DNA from: Gemmatimonadales bacterium
GTDB taxonomy: Bacteria; Gemmatimonadota; Gemmatimonadetes; Gemmatimonadales; GWC2-71-9
DNA length: 64,000 nt
Assembly: GCA_036556025.1 (NCBI GenBank)
Contig: DATBKD010000046.1
Coordinates: 4,718 to 68,717, forward strand
Reading direction: 5' to 3'
Shown: one piece after another, positions 52,869 to 64,000 of the stretch
How positions within the stretch are numbered: the first letter of the stretch is position 1
Layout of the letters: the number at the start of each line of letters is the position of its first letter
Notes under the pieces: generated by a model
What the model saw: the letters and a program-made list of their open reading frames with translations, nothing else
The model's database searches: none
What the model was told of the DNA's origin: nothing
Position numbers and translations under genes: made by a program

Positions 52869-55850
52869 TCAACCCCGGCTGCGGGCCAGTCGGCCGACCA
52901 AGGCGATCAACTGCTCCGAGCTGTAGGGTTTCGCCAGGAAGGCGCTGACGCCGGTTCCCTCGAAGCGCCGCCGAGCCTCGACTTCCCCATAGCCACTGGA
53001 GGCGATCACTACCGCATCGGGGCGAAGCTTCATCATGTGGCGCACTGCCTCGTCGCCGCTCAGGATCGGCATGGTCATGTCCAGCAGCACCAGGGCGATC
53101 TCGTCCCCCCGCCGGCGGACCAGGTCGAGTGCCGCAAGCCCGTCTTCAGCCTCGAGCACTCTGTAGCCCTCCGCCTGCAAGGCCGCACGGGCAGTCCGGC
53201 GAACGATCTCCTCGTCGTCCGCGATGAGGATCCACTCGCCGCGTGCCTCTCCCTGCGCGTCTTCCGGCGTGACCGGGGAAGCGCCGGGCCCGCCTGCGGC
53301 GGGAAGCAGCATGAAGAAACTGCTGCCCCTCCCGAGCTCCGAGCGAACCGTGATGGAGCCTTTGTGTCCTCGCACGATGCCCAGCGTTGCCGCCAGGCCC
53401 AGTCCCCGTCCCATGAACTTGGTGGAGAAGAAGGGGTCGAAGATGCGACTCAGATTGGCCGGATCGATGCCTGAGCCGGTGTCCGTGACCTCGACTTCCA
53501 CGTACGTCCCCGGGGTGAGGGAGAAGCGCGTGGATTGCCGGGCGATATCCTCTTCCGCGAGCTCGCGCATACGGGTACGGACCCAGACCGTGCCCGAGTG
53601 GTCCCCGATCGCTTCGGCCGCATTGAGCACCAGGTTCATGAGTACCTGCTGAAGCTGGCCCGCATCCGCCTCGATCGGTGGAAGCGCCGGGTCCAATTCC
53701 AGCTGAATGGCGACCTTCCGCGGTATCGAGGCGCGCAGCAGCCCGCTGATGTCGCGCGCCATGGTGGCCAGATTCACCGGCTCGATGTTGAACCGACCTT
53801 TGCCGGCATAGGCCAACAGCTGGCCTGTGAGAGCGGCCGCGCGCTCGCTGGCCATGACGACATTCTGCACCAGATCCCGGGCCGGACTCAGCATCGGCAG
53901 AACCCGAAGCGCCAGACTCGCATTTCCCAGGATGCCGGTCAGCAGATTGTTGAAGTCGTGGGCGATGCCACCGGCCAGGACGCCGATGCTCTCGAGCTTC
54001 TGGGCCTGACGCATGGCCTCCCCGGCCTCGCGCTCATCATGGATGTCCAGCGAGAGGCCAAACCACTTCACCACCCGGCCGCCGTCATCCCGTACCGGCG
54101 AGCAGCAACAGCGAAACCAACGATAGGCTCCGTCGTGCCTCCGCAACCGCAACTCCATCTCGAAGGGAACACCCGTGGCTATCGCCTCGAGCCATTGAGC
54201 CTGGGTCCGCTCCGCATCGTCGGGGTGGACCGCCTGAACGCCCGCGAAGCCCTCGGATGCACTGGCCGGCAAACCGGTATAAGTCGAAAACTGCTCGTTC
54301 ACGTAGTCACAGCCGCCGTCGGGCCCGGTCGAGAAGAGCATCGCCGGAACCGCACTGGCGAGAGCTCCGTACCGCTCATTGCTCTCCCGCAGCGCGACTT
54401 CGATCAGTTTTCGCTCGGTGATGTCGGCGACCACGGCACCCACCCAACCGACCTGGCCGTCGGGGCCCCGAACGGGGTAGCAGCTTCCGACATGATATCG
54501 GGCTCGGCCGGTTTCGCCCGGTAAGCTCAGCTCCACATCCGTGATGGCCTCGCCAGTCTGGAATACCCGGCGGAACAGCGGCTCGAGCGTGGGAGCGATC
54601 TCGGGCAGAATCGCGCCCAGGGTGGCGCCCAGATGTTCCTCGACCGAGCGGCCGTTCATCGCGGCGAGCGCCTCGTTGATTCGAACGAATCGGAGGTCCC
54701 GGTCCAGAAAGGCCAGCCCTACCGGTGCGGCCCGGAGGACTGTGTCGAGCAACGCCAACGTCTCCTCGCTTCGCTCGGCCGCGTCCTGGGCCTCGCGAAA
54801 GAGCCGGGAGTTCTCGATTGCCAGTGCCGCCTTCCACGCCAGACGCTCGGCCAGGGCGACGTGCTCTTCGGTGAACGGTGCCGCCGGTTCCGTGGTGCCC
54901 ATGGTGATTGCCCCGAGCACCTGCTCCCGCGCGATGAGCGGCACGATGACAGCCGAGGAGAGTCTGAGCTGCTGCAGGAGGGCCACCCGCTCGGCATCTC
55001 GCTCGTTCACCTCGCGTCGAGTTTCGGGGGTCCCGATCACATGGACCGAATTCTGCGACTCGATGGCCCGCGAGACCGCGCTCGCTGTCTCCGGCCCCTC
55101 GCCGTACTTCCTCCAGCAGTCCCAGGCCCGGCCCAGGATCGCCGGATCCACGTGCGACATCGCCACTCGTTGCAGGCTTCCATCCTGCTCGACCAGATCT
55201 ACCGCGCAGTATTGGGCGAAAGAGCTCGTGACCAGCTGGGCGAAGTTGGTCAGATCGCGTTCGGAGTCGAGTGAGGAGCTCAGTAGCTCGCCGGCCGCGG
55301 TCAGAAACGCCTGCTGGGCCCGATAGAGCGAGACCTCAGCCCGAGTGCGTCGCTCCACCTCGAGCAGGCTGTGCCAGATCCCCGGTGGCCGGCCCGACCC
55401 GTCCTCGATCGGCGCGAAAAACATGCTCGTCCGCCGCGACCTCGCCGCTTGCTCCGGGCTAAGATCCACCGTGCTGGTGCGGCCCTCGAGCGCCGCCTCG
55501 ATCGGAGGGGCGAGCGCATCCCAGATGTCGGCCCAGCACTGGCGTGCCGGCTGGCCCAGCGCCACAGGGTGGCGCTCACCCAGATAACGGGCAAACGGCT
55601 GGTTGTAGAGCTGGATCAGCTCGGGCCCCCACCAGATCACCGTGGGAAGAGGCGAGACCAGACAGAGGCCAAGCGCGGTCTCCAGGCTTGCTGGCCAGGA
55701 GTCGCGATCGCCAAGCGGGGTGGCCGCCCAATCGAATTGCTCGACCAATGCGGCGACGGAAGCAGTCGGATCGGATGGGCCGGGTCGGGCCCCGACGACG
55801 AGATGAGGCGGAGTGCTATCGGACGGACGCGTCTTCCCGGAATGGGGCAA
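52869..55850 (-). CDS. Hybrid sensor histidine kinase (PAS-GAF-PAS-PAS-HisKA-HATPase-receiver)
   Basis: 993 aa. H-box GGIAHDFNNLLTGILG. N/G boxes NLVLNAAEA and DTGSGI..GRGLGLA. Receiver ILIADDEEIVR...LVLLDMTMP. Confidence 0.9.
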   Translation of the reverse strand: MPHSGKTRPSDSTPPHLVVGARPGPSDPTASVAALVEQFDWAATPLGDRDSWPASLETALGLCLVSPLPTVIWWGPELIQLYNQPFARYLGERHPVALGQPARQCWADIWDALAPPIEAALEGRTSTVDLSPEQAARSRRTSMFFAPIEDGSGRPPGIWHSLLEVERRTRAEVSLYRAQQAFLTAAGELLSSSLDSERDLTNFAQLVTSSFAQYCAVDLVEQDGSLQRVAMSHVDPAILGRAWDCWRKYGEGPETASAVSRAIESQNSVHVIGTPETRREVNERDAERVALLQQLRLSSAVIVPLIAREQVLGAITMGTTEPAAPFTEEHVALAERLAWKAALAIENSRLFREAQDAAERSEETLALLDTVLRAAPVGLAFLDRDLRFVRINEALAAMNGRSVEEHLGATLGAILPEIAPTLEPLFRRVFQTGEAITDVELSLPGETGRARYHVGSCYPVRGPDGQVGWVGAVVADITERKLIEVALRESNERYGALASAVPAMLFSTGPDGGCDYVNEQFSTYTGLPASASEGFAGVQAVHPDDAERTQAQWLEAIATGVPFEMELRLRRHDGAYRWFRCCCSPVRDDGGRVVKWFGLSLDIHDEREAGEAMRQAQKLESIGVLAGGIAHDFNNLLTGILGNASLALRVLPMLSPARDLVQNVVMASERAAALTGQLLAYAGKGRFNIEPVNLATMARDISGLLRASIPRKVAIQLELDPALPPIEADAGQLQQVLMNLVLNAAEAIGDHSGTVWVRTRMRELAEEDIARQSTRFSLTPGTYVEVEVTDTGSGIDPANLSRIFDPFFSTKFMGRGLGLAATLGIVRGHKGSITVRSELGRGSSFFMLLPAAGGPGASPVTPEDAQGEARGEWILIADDEEIVRRTARAALQAEGYRVLEAEDGLAALDLVRRRGDEIALVLLDMTMPILSGDEAVRHMMKLRPDAVVIASSGYGEVEARRRFEGTGVSAFLAKPYSSEQLIALVGRLARSRG

Positions 55851-56014
55851 GCAATCCGCCTCCGGTCAGGGTGCTCCGGCGATGTTTCGAGCAAACCGAT
55901 GGACAGGCATTCCGGCTACCCAAGGTACGTTCAAATCGGTCCGGCAGCAAAGCGATTCGGCGGTTTGTACAACAGCGGTTGACGCCACTCTCATGTTGGA
56001 GGCAACATTGCGCC

Positions 56015-57346
56015 ATGACGGAAACCTCTTGGGGCTACCGAATCCTGGTTCAAGCAGCCGCGGCACTGGTGCCGGCGCTTGGGCTGTTCGACCCCAAGGT
56101 TCGATCCGGCCATCGCCGGCGGCAGGGCGCAGCGATGCGGCTGCGGAGATGGGCAGTAACCGGCCGAGATGTGGCTCGCCCACTGGTCTGGTTCCATGCG
56201 TCCTCGGTGGGTGAGGGGCTTCAGGCCCAGAGCGTCATGGCCGAGTTCCGGCGGCTCCGGCCCGAGGCGCAGTGGGTCTACACCCATTTCAGTCCTTCCG
56301 CCGAGCGCTTCGCCAGCCACCTGCCCGTGGACGTAGCGGACTACCTCCCGTACGACTCACCAGGGGCTGCCGAAACCCTGTTGGACTCGCTGGCGCCGGA
56401 CCTCCTGGTGTTCTCCAAACTCGACCTCTGGCCCGAGCTGGCGACGCGTGCTGCCGGGCGCGGGACCGCGGTGGTGATGATAGCCGCGACGGTGAGCCCG
56501 GGAAGCGGCAGGCTGCGCTGGCCGGCGCGTCCGTTGCTCCGCCCGGGCTACCGCGCGGTTTCCGCCGCCGGCGCGATCTCCCCGGAAGACGGTGAACGGC
56601 TAGCGCTGCTCGGCGTCCCGGCGGATCGGATCCAGGTGCTGGGAGATCCTCGCTTCGATAGCGTCATGCAGCGAGTTGAAAGCGTCCGCCCGGACGATCC
56701 GTTGCTGCGCTGGGGCAACGGCGCGGCCACCCTGGTGGCTGGCTCCACCTGGCCGGAAGACGAGGCGGTGATCCTCCAGGCCTTCGCCATCCTGCAGCGT
56801 CGCCGGCTCAGAGCCCGCCTCCTGCTCGTGCCGCATGAGCCGACCCCAGCCCATCTCGTCGCGGTGGAACGAGCCGCCGTGCGCGCGGGCCTCATGCGGC
56901 CAGTGCGGTTGAGCAGTGCCAACGTCGGGGCCCCGCTGGTGCTGGTGGATCGGGTCGGCGTGCTCGCCACGCTGTATGGCGCGGGCTCGATGGCCTACGT
57001 GGGCGGGGGCTTCGGCCGGGCGGGACTCCACTCGGTCCTCGAGCCGGCGGCGTGGGGTGTCCCCGTCGTGTTCGGGCCTCGGTGGCAGAACAGCCGGGAT
57101 GCAGGGCTTCTGCTCCAGACCGGGGCGGCGGAAGCGCTGGAGGAGCTCCACCGGAGAAAGGCAGCGGAGTCACTGGCTCAGATCTGGGAGGGGTGGTTGG
57201 CGAGCGACGCCCGCAGATCGATTCAGGGACGGCGTGCTCGGCAGGTGGTGGAGGGCGGACTGGGAGGGGCGCGCCGTTCGGCGGAGCTGCTGCAGGAACT
57301 TATTTCGTCACGACTCCTTCAAAGGTCACCGACCTCGGCACAATGA
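56015..57346 (+). CDS. waaA: 3-deoxy-D-manno-octulosonic acid (Kdo) transferase
   Basis: ATG at 56015. WFHASSVGEGLQA motif and GT-B C-terminal half (GGGFGRAGLHSVLEPAAWGVPVVFGP). The upstream 157 codons of the track ORF are shadow sequence. Confidence 0.85.
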   Translation: MTETSWGYRILVQAAAALVPALGLFDPKVRSGHRRRQGAAMRLRRWAVTGRDVARPLVWFHASSVGEGLQAQSVMAEFRRLRPEAQWVYTHFSPSAERFASHLPVDVADYLPYDSPGAAETLLDSLAPDLLVFSKLDLWPELATRAAGRGTAVVMIAATVSPGSGRLRWPARPLLRPGYRAVSAAGAISPEDGERLALLGVPADRIQVLGDPRFDSVMQRVESVRPDDPLLRWGNGAATLVAGSTWPEDEAVILQAFAILQRRRLRARLLLVPHEPTPAHLVAVERAAVRAGLMRPVRLSSANVGAPLVLVDRVGVLATLYGAGSMAYVGGGFGRAGLHSVLEPAAWGVPVVFGPRWQNSRDAGLLLQTGAAEALEELHRRKAAESLAQIWEGWLASDARRSIQGRRARQVVEGGLGGARRSAELLQELISSRLLQRSPTSAQ

Positions 57347-57665
57347 GTCCGGCGGTCAACACGGTCACCAGAACGTCCGCAAAGCGACTTCGCACCCGGA
57401 TCTTCATGTCGGCAATCCCCGCTCCGCCGACCAGTTGGGCGGCCAAGGCCTTGCGCAAAGACGGCTGTTTCAACCTCGCGATCCCCCAAAAGCCGAAGAC
57501 CGCGCTCGAGGTGACTCGAAAGCGATCGCCCTGGGCAGGCTTCTCCGCGGCCGAGGAAAGGGATGCGGGGACACCCAACGTGGTCGCGTCAAAGGTCTGA
57601 GCGCACCCCGCGAGCAGCAGTACCGACGACAGCACTCCGAGCGCGGCGCGCCGGACAGCCTTCAC
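57300..57665 (-). CDS. Small lipoprotein, Bor/Iss-like
   Basis: GTG at 57665 overlaps the upstream stop (GTGA). Lipobox LLLAGC-AQTF. The C-terminal FADVLVTVLTAGLIVPRSVTFEG resembles the Bor family end. Family recalled from memory. Confidence 0.5.
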   Translation of the reverse strand: MKAVRRAALGVLSSVLLLAGCAQTFDATTLGVPASLSSAAEKPAQGDRFRVTSSAVFGFWGIARLKQPSLRKALAAQLVGGAGIADMKIRVRSRFADVLVTVLTAGLIVPRSVTFEGVVTK

Positions 57666-58339
57666 AGACCCCGAACCCGAAACGTGTAGTGCGCGCCGAT
57701 CCCAAAGATCCCGGGATTTCCTCCCTCGCCTTTCACATAGTCGTAGGAAGCATGCGCACCGAACCCATTGAGCAGGTTGAGCTCGATGCCGCCGCTCAGG
57801 CCGAATTTGGTCCGCGTGTCCGTCCCGATCGCCGAACAGCTCAACTCGTCGCAGTCGGACGAGGGCGAGGTATGGACCACGTCTATCCGCGGCGCAAGCC
57901 ACGGCTTGATGGCGAGCGCCGGGTTCGGAATAATGAGCGCTAGCCCCACGCCCAGGGGTATGTGGGTAACGTCGACTCCACCCACATCGCTGTAGCCGAC
58001 TCCGCCCTGAAGGGTGACGCTGAACGGAACCAGGGGCCCGCCGAAGACCCGAAAATTGCCTGTGCCGCCCACCCCTGCACTGGTTCCCGCCGGACCATCG
58101 GGATTAAGGGCTGACACCGTCGCCGTGAAGGCGAGCACGCCCAGCCCTATCCGTCCAGTGACGCCGTATGCTGTGCCCCCGCCAGCGTTATCGTTGGGAA
58201 AACCGAGATCGGCGAAGATGCCGACGCCACGCGGAATGCCTGCGTTGTAGACCGGGAGACCGGGGACCTGGGCTGCCGCCCGAACTCCGGCGAGTACCCA
58301 GGCAAAGACAATGACTGCCGTGGTCCGGCTATAACTCAT
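57662..58339 (-). CDS. Small outer-membrane beta-barrel protein
   Basis: Signal peptide ending AAAQ. Gly-rich alternating strands. The C-terminus GIGAHYTFRVRGL has an aromatic residue near the end. Confidence 0.6.
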   Translation of the reverse strand: MSYSRTTAVIVFAWVLAGVRAAAQVPGLPVYNAGIPRGVGIFADLGFPNDNAGGGTAYGVTGRIGLGVLAFTATVSALNPDGPAGTSAGVGGTGNFRVFGGPLVPFSVTLQGGVGYSDVGGVDVTHIPLGVGLALIIPNPALAIKPWLAPRIDVVHTSPSSDCDELSCSAIGTDTRTKFGLSGGIELNLLNGFGAHASYDYVKGEGGNPGIFGIGAHYTFRVRGL

Positions 58340-58495
58340 GCTTCCTCCAGCGCCTGCAGGATGCGCACAATAGAGGGCTCACAGGCGCCAGAAGCTACTC
58401 GGGGCCTTCGAGCGAAGTCAACCAAAGTCAGACGATACACGCGCGCCCGGCCGCACGTAGTGGCGACCGGGCGCATTGGAGACCGACCGGGGTAA

Positions 58496-59102
58496 TCAGC
58501 GAAGGTAGGTCAGACCGATTCCCACTCCATCGAGATCGCCGATGCCACCGCTCACCCGGATGGCCAGGTTGCGATTGAATCGGACATCCACCCCAAGCCC
58601 GAGCGCGAAATCGAGCTCGCTGTCGCCGCCGCCGAACCTGGGGATGACGACTGGATGCGCGTACGGAGTGAAGCTGGTCTTGGATCCTTCGACGTCAAAC
58701 CGCCGGCCAAGAGAGAATCCGATGGGGAGATAAAAGAAGTCGTCGCCGTCACCGAAGTTGGTGCCGAACCCGAGCGTCAGCGCACCGTCCAGGGGAAAGC
58801 TCTCCGTGTAGTTGAGCACCCGGGTGCGAAACCCGCCGCCCAGCAGACCGCGGGTCCCGGCATCGCCGTTCAGATCCTCGATCCCGCCGCGGATGCTGAA
58901 GTCGTAGGGGCCGCTGCCGAAGGCGTAGGAGCCCTCGAGGGCGAGGCTCACTCCCTCACCGGGGTCGGAAAACGCGACGCCCAGCTCGTTCGCGGTAAAA
59001 GCGCGATAAGGAGCCTTGAAGATCGGCGTGCCCGTCTCTTGCGCCACCGACTGCCCAACGGCTCCGGCCAGCAGAGCCAGGATCAGGATTCCACCCCGGA
59101 GG

Positions 59103-59113
<11 letters not shown>
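58496..59113 (-). CDS. Small outer-membrane beta-barrel protein
   Basis: ATG preceded by AAGGAG located inside the atpC 3' end. Signal peptide ending SVAQE. Alternating beta pattern and terminal GIGLTYLR. Confidence 0.6.
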
Positions 59114-60847
<1,734 letters not shown>

Positions 60848-60876
60848 CTATTTGGTCTCTGGGCGGCAGAGGCGGT

Positions 60877-60921
60877 CCTTACCGTCTTTACCGCCCTTCC
60901 CGTCTTTACCGTCCTTACCGT
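60877..60921. repeat. Five tandem nonamers (minus-strand reading ACGGTAAGG ACGGTAAAG ACGGGAAGG GCGGTAAAG ACGGTAAGG) between atpG and atpD
   Basis: Counted directly. The array abuts the atpG stop codon (60923-60925). The unit is a rotation/variant of GGGCGGTAA at 51679-51732, in the opposite orientation. Confidence 0.8.
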
Positions 60922-60922
60922 C

Positions 60923-61818
60923 CTAGCCTTGCAACGCTGCGGCGCCGCCCACGATCTCCGAGATCTCCTGGGTAATGCCGGCCTGACGTTGCCGGTTGTA
61001 GGTGCGCTTGAGCACCTCCAGAATCTCCCCCGCGTTGTCGGTGGCATTCTTCATCGCGGTCCGCCGAGCCCCATGTTCGCCGGCCGCGGTTTCGACCAGA
61101 CCGCGGTAGACCGCGTTCCTGATATAGAGCGGCAGCAGTTGCTCGAGGATCGCGGTGGCGTCGGGCGCGAGGATGTAGTCGTGCGACCGTCCAGTCTTGC
61201 CTTCTCCCGATTTCGTGGCCGGCGGCTCGATGGGCAGGATCTGCACCGTAGCCGGAGGTGTCTGGAGAGCGCTGATGAATCGTGCCTGCACCAGGTCCAC
61301 GCTGGCCAGCGCGCCTTGGGCGAATGCCTCGATCAGCGACTCCGCGATTTCGGCGGCGTGGTCCGCGGTGGGCTTGTCGCCGATGTCGATCCGCTCCAGC
61401 GCCAGCTTCCGACCGAGGTACTTGAAGAACCCTACGCCCTTTTTTCCGACCGCGTATAGGTCCACGGTGTAACCCTCGGCCTCCCGCGCCTCGATCCGTC
61501 GCCGGGCTTCCTTGATCAGATTCGAGTTGAAGGCACCGGCGAGCCCACGATTCGAGGTCAACAGGATGACCGCGGCTCGCTTGGGGCCGCCGTGCGAGAT
61601 GTCCGGGGGACGCCGAAGCAGCGGAAACGTCTGGGTCAGCTCGGGCGTCACCAGATCTGCGATCACCTCCCGCAGAGCTTCGGCGTAGGGCCGTGCCGCG
61701 ATGACCCGATCCTGCGCCCGCTTGAGCTTGGAGGTGGAAACCAGCTCCATGGTGCGGGTGATCTTGCGGGTGTTCTGGACGGAGCGAATCCGTCCTTTGA
61801 GCTGCCGACCCTTGGCCA

Positions 61819-61819
<1 letters not shown>
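60923..61819 (-). CDS. atpG: F1 ATP synthase gamma subunit
   Basis: N-terminus MAKGRQLKGRIRSVQNTRKITRTMELVSTSKL and C-terminus ITQEISEIVGGAAAL. Confidence 0.95.
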
Positions 61820-63396
<1,577 letters not shown>

Positions 63397-63542
63397 GAGT
63401 TCCGGAGCCTGGCTGAATGGATAGGGTGGTTTTCAGCTTGTGAAAATAATCACAATCTATCTAACGGCAAGTGATGAGCCGGGAAAGCCCTGCAAAATAC
63501 CTAGCTGCCCCAGCCAAGACCACGGCCGGAGCCAGGTTGACG

Positions 63543-64000
63543 TCAGATCCGACTGCGGGTGTTGCCGCGGACGAAGGCGGCGAGGACTCCGCCGGGGCCC
63601 AGGGTTCCCAGGCCACTGGTCGGCACGTTGGCGATGCGGCGCGCGGTGCTGCTCAGGTGGCTGGAGGAGGCGAAATGGAGGAGCCGGACCACGGTCGGTA
63701 TGGAGTACCCGGGGTTGCCCAGCAGCTGAGCCGCGCAGGCGATGCGAGTGAGATCGATGACCCGTTTGAGATTGGGGGCTCCCCCCGCACCGAACTGGCG
63801 GGAGAGGTGCTCCCGGCTCACGGCCAGGCGTCCCGCCAGCGTGGAGGTGCGCATCGGACGCTCGACGTCAGCGAGCAGCAGGTCCCAGGCGGCCCGCTGG
63901 AGCGGCTCGGTGAGTCGCAGCATCCGCGGCGCATCTGCCAGGGCGCGGCGCCGCTCAGCGGTGACCGATGTCCGAGCAACCATCTCGCCCACCACCGGAT
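63543..64000 (-). CDS. AraC-family transcriptional regulator, C-terminal HTH part (5' end outside the window)
   Basis: LAGRLAVSREHLSRQF and RIACAAQLLGNPGYSIPTVVRLLHFASSSHLS form the double HTH of AraC/XylS. The reading frame stays open to the window edge. Confidence 0.7.
   Translation of the reverse strand, partial: PVVGEMVARTSVTAERRRALADAPRMLRLTEPLQRAAWDLLLADVERPMRTSTLAGRLAVSREHLSRQFGAGGAPNLKRVIDLTRIACAAQLLGNPGYSIPTVVRLLHFASSSHLSSTARRIANVPTSGLGTLGPGGVLAAFVRGNTRSRI

Overview
This is a GC-rich bacterial chromosomal segment (about two-thirds G+C by eye, with third codon positions nearly all G/C). It is densely packed with about 62 protein-coding genes. I found no rRNA, tRNA, CRISPR array, transposase or integrase.

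Many long ORFs in the track are antisense or out-of-frame shadows typical of high-GC DNA, and several listed ORFs needed their starts moved downstream. The track also counts GTG and TTG as starts.

Housekeeping content:
- dnaE, accA, a PSP1/RicT-like gene and metG
- a tidy lipA-pdhA-pdhB-pdhC-lpd-(membrane protein)-lipB block
- F1 ATP synthase atpA-atpG-atpD-atpC
- hisIE, thiO and waaA

Envelope and sensing content:
- two large hybrid histidine kinases
- a GT4-GT2-DUF3108 operon
- a porin, small beta-barrel OMPs and many lipoproteins
- an ECF sigma/anti-sigma module
- a TPM-nucleotidyltransferase-LemA operon
- several secreted peptidases

The cell is clearly diderm. The lineage cannot be fixed from the sequence alone. 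A Gemmatimonadota/FCB-like soil bacterium is only a guess from gene content.

Observations most worth follow-up:
1. A family of short tandem-repeat arrays (7-nt AGCTGWT, 7-nt GTTCACG/CGGTRAA and 9-nt GGGCGGTMA units). They occupy about 10 of about 33 intergenic gaps, always starting at or next to a stop codon and never in divergent promoter gaps. They often form inverted arrays (long hairpins), including inside the PDH and ATP synthase operons. The largest is a 268-bp block at 51643-51910.
2. A same-strand cluster of uncharacterised exported proteins (split DUF4331, TPR, HupE/UreJ, DUF6702), followed by a translationally coupled ECF sigma/RskA/DUF1684/thioredoxin module.
3. A 45-codon ORF, below the track's length cutoff, downstream of the OFA-type MFS transporter.
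4. A 0.9-kb stretch with no coding signal upstream of the porin gene.
5. An orphan perfect Shine-Dalgarno sequence, a mini-ORF and an intrinsic terminator immediately upstream of a CPBP protease gene.

All family names are recalled from motifs read by eye and need HMM/BLAST confirmation.
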